Origin: Setoptus koraiensis
Lineage: Eukaryota; Animalia; Arthropoda
Length of the DNA stretch: 64,000 nt
Assembly (NCBI GenBank): GCA_048013815.1
Contig: CM106585.1
Location: 22,134,001 to 22,198,000 of the forward strand
Reading direction: 5' to 3'
The notes beneath the pieces were generated by a model. It saw nothing but the letters and a program-made list of their open reading frames with translations, was not told where the DNA came from and did not search any database. The position numbers and the translations under genes are program-made. Shown here one piece after another: positions 24,464 through 36,261 of this stretch. The stretch's first letter is position 1. The number at the start of each line of letters is the position of its first letter.

Positions 24464-27400
24464 GCTTCGGTCGGGCAGGCAGTATTAAAAGAGGCACAAC
24501 AATGATCCAATGACAACAAGCAAACTCGTCAAGAGGCCACTTGTGACTAGTTGCAAGTGAGGAATTTTCTCCGATTGCAACTAGTCAACAAATTGCAAAT
24601 TGTGCCTGCATTGTCTACGGCTGCCGGCTCGTGTTTTGCGCTGTTTTGCGCTGTTTCGCGGTGGCTTGCTTCGGTCGCATTGGTGAAAAATGCCAGCCAG
24701 ACAGCGACACACAGTGGCTATGAGACGCGCTGACTGTGAGCCAGTGCCAAAGGGATCGCGACAGCATAATGCCTCGAATGGTTGCCGCAGCAGCTTTAGA
24801 AGCGCCGATTAGAAGTGCCAAGGACGATAATCGAATTCAAATTATCCCGACGACGCAAGCAGAGAAAGTGCGCATCATATCTCAAGTAGCAGAGGTGCCA
24901 AAAGCAAATGAGCTCCGCGAGCCGGCGCACAACTGCCACAATACCGCCAGAATACTGCCACAATACTGCAATAATACTGCAATAATGTAGACCCAATAGA
25001 CGCGACAGACGCGAGACACGACAGACGCGACAGACAAAATAGACAAAATGGACAAAATAGACAATATAGACACTATAGACAACAGTGGACGCGAAACAAA
25101 ATGGAGCCTCTTTTTAGGCCCGCCACTGTGCACAGTTATCCGCAATTATCCATTATATATCAGATGTTATATATCATGTGTTGTATGCTACATGTTGTGT
25201 GTTATGCGAGCGCGTAACCCCGCTAACTGGGCCTGGGCCCCAACACTGTCTCTGGGCCCCAACACTGTCCCTAATGAGCCCTATGCAATATACTGCGCGT
25301 GCAATATTGTTGCACGAGCGATCCATTGAGCGATCCGTTGAGCGATCCGTTGAGCGGTCCGTTGAGAGCGATGCGCAGTGAGTGGGGCCCCTATAAACCA
25401 ACTAGCCACAGTATTGCGCGCAGCGAGTTGCGCCAGCTCTGGCGCAAGCGACCAACAATTCCAGTGACACTGTTCCCTGTGCCACTCGTCGTGCTGTTGT
25501 GCCGTCTACCAACCACCGACAACCAACCACCGACAACCGACCGCCGACAACCGACCGCCGACAAGCCAGCAGCGACCCGCAAGCGCCAAACATATGCCAG
25601 ATATCGGCTCGAGAGCCCTTGAGATATCCGCGCTTGAGATGCGTGTGCACGCTTGGCCAGTGTGGCACAGTGTGCGCGTCTATGCGCGCACAACCAACTG
25701 TCGTGGTCTGGTAACGCGAGCAACTCAATGGGGCCAACTGTGAAAATGACACACTGTGTGTGTCTCACTACGTCTGTGTGTCTCATTGCGTCTGTGTGTC
25801 GCTGTCACCGGTGCTGCAAACCCACTTTACCGTGCCTGCCACTGTCACGTTGTCCGTACTTGTCCTGTGCGCTATGGGCACACCAATATCTGGCACAATT
25901 CGCCACTGTCTGGTGCTGTCTGGTTCTGGTTGGTGCTGGTTGGCGCTGGTTGGCGCTGGTTGGCGCTGCAACAATTCGGCAACTCCGACCATTGCGAGCC
26001 GATGAAATGGTGACGAAATGGGGCTGAAACGGGCACGATCACATGAGACGACACGGCGAAATGAGATGGGGCCGAATGACGGCAAAAATATCAGTTGTCG
26101 GGCTAAACGCCAATTAGTAGGTTATTTTTCATCGGACTCTTATCCAATAATGCTTCCATCATGTTTTAGGCTTTGGAAATCTTGCGAAGTACAGTTGGTT
26201 AAAGTTAGTTGAATATCTAGAATAACTTGATTCTGAGGAATTCTTTTTTTTTGTCCTCTCTTATACTTTTGATCCTCTCTAACGATATCGTTATACCTCG
26301 CTCTAAGTCGATGGTCACTTTTTCTGGCGATTGTTTGTTATCGTTAACTACTATATAAGTAGAAAAGAAACATTCGATGGTCGCTCGTCCGAAAACTTCT
26401 TGGAAGGCCTCGCGTGCCGATGAGAAGAGTGACTTTTTCTGCAAATCACCAATATTTTAATACTGCCACCAGTGACTTTAAGTTTGTAAGAGATACGAAA
26501 AACACATTATAGCTAGTGATGGAATTTAAATAAAAAAGGGTCGAAAAAACCCAATAGAAGTATATCAAAGCCGAAGGAGTACTTCCAGGATCTAAAGCAG
26601 CTACGACGGAACACAGTGAGCTCTTGGTTTTTTCGGCGATCTGATTCATGATGCCAGGAGATTTGAACCAATCCAATATATTTAATTCATCATAAATCTC
26701 AACTTTAGTCAAGGCACCAGAGGCCACCTGTTCTTGTGTAGTGGCTGATTGCAGCGATACTGTCGCTTGTTGTGGTTGTTGCTCCTCAAGTTGCTGTTGA
26801 GATTGTTGGTCCAGTGGTTTCTGCTGTGTTGGTTGCTGTTCTTGTTGGTCCTGTTGTGGTGGTTGTTGTTGTGGTAGTTGTTGTTGTGGTGGTTGTATTG
26901 GTTGCTATTGTGATTGCTGGTTTGGTTTGGTTGTTGTTGGTTGGTTTTGGCTGCGTATCTAATTGATTTTGTTTCTGATTGCCAGATTGCTGCAGATTGG
27001 GATCAGCCATTTGTGGCTGAGTATTATCCTTTGGAGGACATCCCATTGTGGGCTTGTTATTCATTTCATTGGTGGCATATTTCGCTGCGTAATTCATCAT
27101 CATTAATTATCTCGAGGGCCTGCAGAAGTATTTTCCTGGCTTGCAAAACCGCACATTCGCCACATGTTAGCCATCGGCTAATTTCGACTTGCCGATGAGC
27201 AGCGCCATGTCTTGGCCAGCAAGCCAACATAGACGATTACCCGAAACTATTACCAGCCACACAAAATTTGTGGCACAAAGTCTACATCGTGAGGGTATTT
27301 TTAGTGCCATAATTACTAAATGGCCGAATCGCCAAGTTGATTCACAAAAATCTTTATTGATCTCGGTCGTGCAGGACACCATGGTTAATTGCGATAACGA

Positions 27401-30400
27401 CTTATTACATCACTATCACCTCCAATAGCGTTACCTGAAACTAGATGGCGCCACGCAATCTTGGCTTCGTGACCATTTGTGAGATATCGCTCGTTGCGTT
27501 GGGTTCAATTTATTACAATCCTTTCATGACTCTTAACTATCCAGCTGATCCATTAGTTTATTATGAATTTTGGCGAGGCAACTGCCAAATGTTTCGAATG
27601 TTTCTCAGTGTGTTCTAAATAACTAAGCCTCGAAATTACGTGTAGAGGTCAGATAGTAACCACGCTTGTTGGATATGCCAGGTTTTTGTTAGCCTTGGTG
27701 AGCACTTTGCTCTATCTCCATTTCAGATGAGCTAGCGCCGAGCTTTTGGCCATCAAAGCTCCTCTGTTATGGACAAACTTCATAAAGATCGACCATAGGA
27801 TATAGAAAATTTTGTGATTGATTCGCTTAGGCACAACTGACCATAATTAGTGTGCATTGAACTCTGATTGCGATGATAGAATATCCAGTTAAGCTAATTG
27901 GTGCTCGTCCGCGATTCTCTAATTATTTGGTAACTGTCACCCGTCCATAAAGGTTAAATTACTATTATTATTAGTGGCCATCGCTTCGACTGATTGAAGT
28001 GCCAAGATGCTGCAACTTGGCAGTCCACTTACATGTTATTTGTTAGCGAGTTTGGTTTGATGGATGGACGGTCCAAAATGGCTGGTTTTGAGTTTATTTC
28101 AAGATCATCTACCATTGAAATAAACTCTGGTGATAGCCCGATTTCAGCATTGGCACACCATTTGCGGTCGATTTCTCGAAGAATAATTCCACCAATCTAC
28201 ACAGTCGAATTGACCGTTTCTTGGTGGCATTTTTCTTAGTCCAGCGAGTCCATTGAGGGGTCAACTAGAATCACGTGTCGTCAGCAATTATCCCGATCGA
28301 ACTTTTGACATTTCTCTCAACTGGAGTTGCGGTTCACCTGCGCTTGACCAACAAGTTTGAGTCAAGCGTCGGATTCAGCGTCAGAGTTGTCGTGCGACTT
28401 TGAAATATATTAATGAAACGTTAATTTGCGTATTCAAAAAACAAGCTTGTTGCAAGCGCTCTAACGAGCGCACAGTGGTGAACAGTGTGATATGATTACG
28501 GTCTAATAATAAAGTAACGTTAGCGAGAAAAGTTGGCCAGTATTTGGTTAGCTGACGTAATAATAGCTCTCATATACAGAGAAATTAACTTGATAAGTTA
28601 ACAAATTACCACCATCATCATTATTGCGCAAATGTAAGTGTAAATGGTGGGCAAATTGCATAAGATCAAAAAAGAACAGTATTTATAGTTACACTAACGG
28701 TTACAATTAGTTGCAAAAGGCAAATTTGCTAGATTGGTTAGATCAATTTAGCAAGCAACGAAAGTCAGCCGAGCGAACTTGTTTACGCACCACTGAAATG
28801 ATTGGCTAAGTGTGGGTTGTATTCATTTTATTGAAATTTTATCCGATTTTTCATATTTGTGTGCCGGCTAACCGCACACTTGTTGCTGATGGCGCGATAA
28901 TCGTTTTGAGTGAATTGTGTGCGGGCCTGAATTGATCTTGAATGCCGTTGAACGTCTATCAGTTTGGACAGGCGATATTGAGCCGTTCATTGGTCAAGGT
29001 TTAGCTAGAGAAAGAGCCAAAAGAGCTAATTAATGGCCGGGGGGGGAGAGAGGAACTTGATCAAATTCAATTTGAATTTTGTTCATTCTTTCGTTTGTCG
29101 ACCGTCACCGTTTTACCATTTTCGCACTATCTGGCACGATATTTTGCATACAACTTGATAGGCCTACAAGAGATATGCCAGCGTCTCTCGTGCACTCACG
29201 ACAAGTCGACTAGATCGCATCTTCGGCATGTTTGCTCTTGAGTATAACATGTTTGTGAAGAATTGAATCAGCAAACAAAATCACAGTCTAAGTGCCTTTC
29301 GTTAAAAACACGTTCTCGCAGCTCAAATTTTGTTGCAAGATTACGCCATTATTACTATCATTATTATTATCATTACTGTTATGCGCGAGCGATCGACCAT
29401 TCAGGGATAATTGCCTGTAAGTGTCGGCTGGCGAACAACATTATTATTCTTTCGCCCTGCTCCACTGATCAACAAGCCTCTCTCTTCATAGTTAGTACAG
29501 TTAGTTATAGTTGTAGTTAGTGCAAGGGGAACAGGCCAGTATAGACACAAGCATAAATCAATTATCTGCTATAAAATGTTATGAAATAAAAGATATAGCC
29601 GTTGATAGATTGCTCAAAATGAAAGATGTAAATCTGCTTGATCAAACTGAACTTGATCACTCTGAAAATACCTGTTGGCCAGAGCTAGTTGGCCAGTTGG
29701 CTTAAAAATGAGTTCACAGCCATGAATGGCGTTTAGCGGTTAGTCTAATAGTCGAGTCGATTGTGCTCTCGCATGAGCTGACCAACAACAAAAGCATGTT
29801 TGCCAACCAAATTGATTGGCCATAAACAACAAACAGTTTAACTGACTTTTGTGAGTGAAACAAATCAAGTACCTGCAGTTATTGTCTCGACTGAGATGCT
29901 GAAGATGCAAAGACCAATTGGAGTATTTATTTGGAGTCATTATTTGATGATAAACTGTTGTTCCTCAATAAAGGAGAGCACTGTTTTTTTTTCCTAGTAA
30001 AAAGGGGTTCTCGACGCTTGCCATCTTGAGAGAGATAATCTCCTGCTCTGCAGCGGTGACTGTTCAACAAACATCAATTTAGTCAACATAATATAGTAAC
30101 GACAATGTATGACGATAGTGATGCTGTGAAAGAAGCCGGTGGTCATGGTTGCGCAATAGATAGAGCTGCACAAGAAAGCAAATTTAATCTTTCGTTCTGA
30201 CTCACGAAGATAATTAATTAATTAGGCCGGGCGAGGTGGCTTTTTATTTATCTTTTTTTTTTACAAATAGTGATAATGAGAGAGATCATAATAGTAATAT
30301 GATAATAGTAATGATAACGTTGCCGTAAGAGGTCACACCAGACCGAGAGAGAGAGAGGGAGACAGAGAGGCGCACTTATTTTTGTTGATTAAAACGGGAG

Positions 30401-30551
30401 CACTCAATCAAAATGCCACATTGTCGACATAACTAATGAAACCATCCTACACACAACTACTGACAACTCGCAGAAAAAACAAAGACGCAATTAGTTTATT
30501 GAATATGTGATTGAATCGGCGAAACGTCAATCGATCTAACCAACCGTTGGA

Positions 30552-32231
30552 CTAACCAAATAAATGACCGACAGTAGATAATAGGCTCGGTTTTGGTGTT
30601 GTCGTGGTGGAAGTAGTTGTGGTGGTTGTTGTTGGACTAACCACTTGACCTAGATTATTTGTTATATTATGGGCAAAGTCAATCAAACTGTTTGATGCGC
30701 CAATAATTTGTCCTGTCAACGCAGCGGAAGCTGGTGGTGGCGTGGTTGTTGTTGTTGTTCCTTTCGCATGCCAGAGGGCCTCAAAAAAACTTGTTGGTTT
30801 GGGCGTTGTTGTCGACGTGGTGCTGGTGGTCAAATGATTCATTAGCCACTGGCTTGCCCAGTTGCTATTTGCGGTGACATTGTTGATGACAGGTATGGCA
30901 CCCACTGTGCCCAAACTGCCGGACACAATATTGCCAATAATTGACATTTGACTCGACGGGCTCTGCTCTAGATACATTCCGATGGCATAAAATATGAGCG
31001 AGCCCACCTTGCATCCGGTAAATTTGGCAAAACTTGAGTTAAAGTTGGCGAAAAACAAATCCCTCAAGTATCTGTAAAAACTTCTAATTGTGGCCGATGT
31101 CATCTCTTGCAGACTGGACTCTAATGGCAGATCCACCAAATAGTTTCCATTTTGTGGCTTCTGTTTCACATTAATGCCCACCACGCTACCAATAATGCTC
31201 GCCGTGGTGCCCATTGGGTACATAACACTTGCGCTGGCTCCTTGATTCACCAGAGCACCAAGACGGCAGCCTATCAGCGACATTATGTTGGGTAGCGAGG
31301 CACTTGTTGCCTGTGTCTCTTTGTTTACAACTTTTGGCATTATACCCATCAGCGTACCGTACACGGAGCCGTAAAGTGAGCCCGTGTTACTTGCGATGCC
31401 CATTAACAATTTGGGTACTAGCAGGGGTATGTTGACCGGCAAGAATCTTTGGTGCGATTTATTGCCGAGTCCTAAATCCGCCGACAAATCTACTCCGTTG
31501 TCATCGCTCTGTTGTTTCAAATAAACAATGGCCTTGACACGCTCGTACTCCGAATCAATTATCTTGACTAAATAATCAAGCACAACAGGTTGCTGTTGTC
31601 TCAGTTGGGGCCCCATGGTGGGCGCTTGCGTCGCCTCGAATGCGTCCACGGGCAGACCAAACTCTTCGAGCAGCGATTCAATTGTTAGGCCCAATCTAGT
31701 GGCAATCAATTGATAGGAATCGGCGAGCATATGGGCCAATTGTAGATTTAAATCTATTTCACTGTCGTCTTGTTCTTGTATGTTTGTTTCGTCATCATCA
31801 TTGTCATCATTGGTGATATATGCTCGCCTAGAGTTCTCGTATGAGTCCTCAAACGAGAGGCCAGTCTGGTAGCCCATGAGAAAGGCTAGTCGTTTCATGA
31901 CTTTCGTGACCATTCCGTCTCGTTGATTGGTCCTTTCGAGCAACTGTTCCAATGATTGTCTTCCGGTAGTCCAATAATTGAGTGCGAACAGCGATTCTCT
32001 TTCGTCGATGTCGTTTTGGCGCATTTGACGCCAATTAAATTCAACTTGATGTTGGGTAACATTGCCCGGTATCTCACTCGCAACCGGCTCCTCGGATAAT
32101 CCATCAGCACTGGCTGCACCGCTACTATCTGAAGAATCAAGACAGCTCACTAAGTTGCCATTTGATAGCAACACTGAATAAATTTCAACAATCAATATAA
32201 TTAATAGGGATGACGCTCTTCTTGGTATCAT
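30552..32231 (-). CDS. Single-exon predicted secreted protein, 559 aa: acidic N-half, Gly-zipper hydrophobic core, Thr-rich mucin-like tail
   Basis: Lies within a 616-codon open frame. The ATG at 32231 gives MIPRRASSLLIILIVEIYSVLLSNGNLVSC, which resembles a signal peptide. The sequence is complex and non-repetitive, so a chance ORF is unlikely. Confidence 0.82.
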   Translation of the reverse strand: MIPRRASSLLIILIVEIYSVLLSNGNLVSCLDSSDSSGAASADGLSEEPVASEIPGNVTQHQVEFNWRQMRQNDIDERESLFALNYWTTGRQSLEQLLERTNQRDGMVTKVMKRLAFLMGYQTGLSFEDSYENSRRAYITNDDNDDDETNIQEQDDSEIDLNLQLAHMLADSYQLIATRLGLTIESLLEEFGLPVDAFEATQAPTMGPQLRQQQPVVLDYLVKIIDSEYERVKAIVYLKQQSDDNGVDLSADLGLGNKSHQRFLPVNIPLLVPKLLMGIASNTGSLYGSVYGTLMGIMPKVVNKETQATSASLPNIMSLIGCRLGALVNQGASASVMYPMGTTASIIGSVVGINVKQKPQNGNYLVDLPLESSLQEMTSATIRSFYRYLRDLFFANFNSSFAKFTGCKVGSLIFYAIGMYLEQSPSSQMSIIGNIVSGSLGTVGAIPVINNVTANSNWASQWLMNHLTTSTTSTTTPKPTSFFEALWHAKGTTTTTTPPPASAALTGQIIGASNSLIDFAHNITNNLGQVVSPTTTTTTTSTTTTPKPSLLSTVGHLFG

Positions 32232-34764
32232 TTTGCGACAATTTAAACGACAACAATTCACAAAGTCTTGCTGGCCGAATTTGAATTTCTCCTGAAATAT
32301 GCTTTGGTGACAATCAAAATGCAACATTACAATTGTTGAAATACTCTCGCTTAATCCACCGAATATACGTGTTTGCATCAATGGTGTGCCCAATCGGAGC
32401 AAAGATCATAAATGGACTTCGAAAGAGCGGCTCGCGACAATTGTTGAACGAGAACGGTTGTCATGCTGTTAAACTCAACTTAACCCAACTCGTGGGCGAG
32501 ATTGCACAAATATATAATAATATATATCTAGACACAGAATGCTCTTTTGGAGTATGGGCACGCCATTTTAATCAACGAGCACCACCAATTAGCTAATTAG
32601 TACCTATGCAACCGAGCATAGGGCTCGCAAATTGCAACCACCTGATTCACCTGATTTCTTCTTCATGTTGATCAGTTTCCCAATCAGTTGAGCAATGGTT
32701 AACACGAGCCATTCTGTATGACTATTATCACTATTGCTATTTTTATTATTATTATCATTATTATTATTGCTGAGTGTATCGGCGGAGTCAGTACAATGAT
32801 TATGAGGCCTGTGCATTAATTAATATTAATACATTATATATTACATTAATATTTAATGCAGCTTGTGGATGATATCCTTGGTGTGGTATTCATTCGTGAA
32901 TCAGCCGCCCGACATGAACGAAAATACCCTGATCATTGCAAAATCTCATACTCACTGTGCCTGCCTTGACTTGTTAGCGAGGCGCTCATTAGAAAAATAA
33001 AAGTAGGGCCATAAAATAATAAATAGAGTGTCAGCGAAGATCATATAAATCGTGTAAAACTCTTGTATAGCAACCGTGCGGTTGACTTTGGAATTGGTTC
33101 CCTTTTCGGAGCGCAACCATAATTAGTTTGCAAGTATATCCGACAAATATTTCGAAAAGTTACTATTAGACACCTGTTGTTCAATAGTATCATACTATTA
33201 GTTTGTTGTGGCATCAAAGAGTCCGCTCGAGTCTCGCGCCACAATGAGCATCAATGTTCGGGTTTGGCGTTCATGATCCCCTATTTGGGCAATCTAGATA
33301 CCCCAAACACGAATTGCGCAGCTAGATAATCTGCTATGAATGGATTATATGAAAAAACGATGCTGCTTTTGCTTGACAATTATAACGGTTTAAATGTTTA
33401 CGCATCATATGTTCGAAAACTGTTAACTCTGATAGTGCCTGGATGAATCGGATCAGAGCGAAAACTGGCGGCTCAACTGATTGCTCGCAACAATTGCCAC
33501 TCGTATCGACCTACAAATTCGTCATCATTTCGTCTCGCGTAACGAGATGAAGACGCCAAGATCGATTGATTCATTCATTCAAATTTCTCATCAAAGTCAT
33601 TACCAAAGAACTGTTGTTCTTGAATGAATGAGGTTCTGTTTGTGTGAGAGTCTTGATATGGACAGCTAGAGATAATCTTGTGTCGTGAACTGCTTTTCAG
33701 ACTAAACAATTGTTTGTTTGTTGCAATTGCAACAAACAAACAATCTCGCCGCTCAAACAATGCTGGCGGCCCATGGTAAGTTGTTGTAATGTGTAGCAAC
33801 AACAATGTTGTTGTGAAAGCACAAGGAGACACCGATAATTAATCATATCTTTTAGGGATAAAAGATTTGCGAAAATTCGCAAAACAAGCAAACAAACAAA
33901 CAATTTCAGTTGTGTTAATCGAAGGTCAACAAAGCAAATTAGAATTGCATTTGAGAGGCGGAAACGAGTGCGAAAGCTAGCTTCAAAAAGTGATTGCCAA
34001 AAGACAAGGTGAGTTATTCTAGCGACCCGTTGCCGTGAACAGCAACATGACTCCATCCGTAGCGCGTTAGATACTCACATTTGTGTCGTGTGGCGTCACT
34101 ACTTGATCGAAAAATCAAAGAAGAGAGCACAGTCTTGTGTTGTCATTATGCTCCAACTGATGCTAATTAATTAACTGATCCAATTAGCATCGCTTAGGCG
34201 AGAGTTTTCACTATTTAGCATCGATTAAGCGAAAGTTTTCACTATTCAGCAGCGGCTCACGCAGAGATGAGAATGGGGAGACTGCATGGAATTCAGACAA
34301 TTGCATGCTGAGGCTGGCTGTGCAATTGTATATTATATTCGGGGTGCAAAGTGTGAAATTGGCAGCCGTCACAAACGAAAGTCTGAACGTTTGATTGTTA
34401 TTTTGTTGCTGCTCCACGGAGCCCTCCAGCGTTCGATGGGGCCCGTATCGGGATGCGGGTCATCTCATCATTTTCAATTCTTCGGTCTCATCATGCAATT
34501 TTACAGGTACACGCAGTAATATTAGGCCAGTAGGTATATTGAAGAATCAATAATTGATGCCGGCACAGTCAATAATTGGCCATTGGACCACCATCAATGA
34601 CTGGCGCCCAATGACGATAATTGCAATTGAAGTTACTCATAACTCGACAGTTACAGGTTGCTCATAACAGATACACAGTAGCGGATAACTGCGATACAAT
34701 TTGTATCATACAAGTGGGATCTCATCAGCCGCTGATGATGAGCGCTCGATCGCTGGATTGCAAA

Positions 34765-35196
34765 TCAACTTTTCGATAGCCGAATTGTTGAGTTAGTTAG
34801 TTTGTTAGTTAGTTGCAAGTTGAAGGGCGAAACATCCGATAGAGTCTGTCTGATAAACTCTGTGGGCATTGTCTCTGTCGGATAGGATCGGGCCGGATCG
34901 AGAGGCATCGGGCGTGCAAAATCGGCGGCCAGGCCAAGCGGGCTGGCTTGCCGATTTGCGTTATTAATCCGTTTTGTGTTTGAGTGATGCCCGTCGGCAC
35001 AGCACGGCCAGTCTGACTGGAATTGGTTGTTGGCTGTTGAAAAATAAAGCTGAAATCTCAACAATCATTATCTGGCTAGCTGCACATTGCACAAATGTGT
35101 GCAGTGTGTCTGTCATTGTTGCAGATGTTGCCGTTATATTAGTGGCAACAACAACAACAACACCAACAACAACAACACAACAACAACAACAACACC

Positions 35197-35257
<61 letters not shown>

Positions 35258-36261
35258 CAACACAGCAACAACAACAACACAACTACAACACCATCACAAA
35301 CAACAACAGCACAGCAACAACGACTGAAAATGAATTTATTTTTAATTTGCTGTTTAAATGTCGTAATTGCAACCGACTGCTCACTTGATTTCATTGACTT
35401 TTCATCCGTCTGAGCGGCACTGTGATACCGGTATATATAGCGAGCCGATATTTATATATATATACACACACTATATATATATATTATTACCGCCAGGCCA
35501 TTGTGCCACAAGTGAGCTACAATCGACTACGAAAGTGTTTATTTTCTGACATGTTTTTTCCTTATTGACAGCACCCAAATTGCCAGCCGCCACCCATGAC
35601 TCCAACACAAACATCTTGCATTTGTATGCAATCATACCTACTGACTGCCGACTATTGACTACTGACTAAACTGCTATTATAGCCAGTCAGCAGGTATGTT
35701 TGTTTGCTTGTGGTTGTCTAGTTTAACAATTGTCTTGCCATTGAGTCGTTTCGCACTACATTGATATTGTCATCGCTTAAACTTTAACGTTTGCTTTAAA
35801 TTGCGATTTCCTCGAAAACACGACAAAAGAATTTGTTGTTGATTTCCATTCATTAAGCTTTGCCAGAGCTTAAATAACTTTGTCCGGCTTAACAATCGCT
35901 GCACAACTCCAATGGCCGCCAATCAATGCGATCAAACGATAGCTTGATCCAGTTGATTTCATTGGGCGACCATTTAACAGACTAAGGCGAAAGTTTCACG
36001 GTGCCCAACTCAAACAGTTTGAGTCAAACGCGCCCATTCAAATTGCACCGCTTAATGCCTATGATTTATCCACTAAATTAATATGCTCACCCTGACTTTA
36101 TTATCATCTAAATTTACATTGCAACGTTGTTGTGCAGCCCGATGAAGCGGCTTGCCATGCACCAGCCATGGCTGGCACCAAAATGGTGCAAACAGCAACA
36201 ACAATGCAGCTAAAAGTGCCCTTGCCAAAAGCTCGCTGCCAGTGCAAATGTGCGCTGCCAT
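34765..36261 (-). CDS. Candidate 3-exon secreted or prepropeptide-like gene: join(36261-36091, 35409-35385, 35033-34765)
   Basis: MAAHICTGSELLARALLAALLLLFAPFWCQPWLVHG is a hydrophobic leader. Junctions are AGG|GTGAGC (phase 0), CTCAG|ACG...TCAA|GTGAGC (phase 1) and TTTTTCAACAG|CC (phase 1), and the phases are compatible. No recognised homology. Confidence 0.35.
35147..35315. repeat. (CAA)n-dominated microsatellite tract
   Basis: Read directly; gives poly-Q, poly-T, poly-C and poly-V shadow ORFs. Confidence 0.95.

Noticed and set aside
29500-30100. Protein-like frames broken by many stops
   Set aside because: Any family resemblance is too weak to support without a search.
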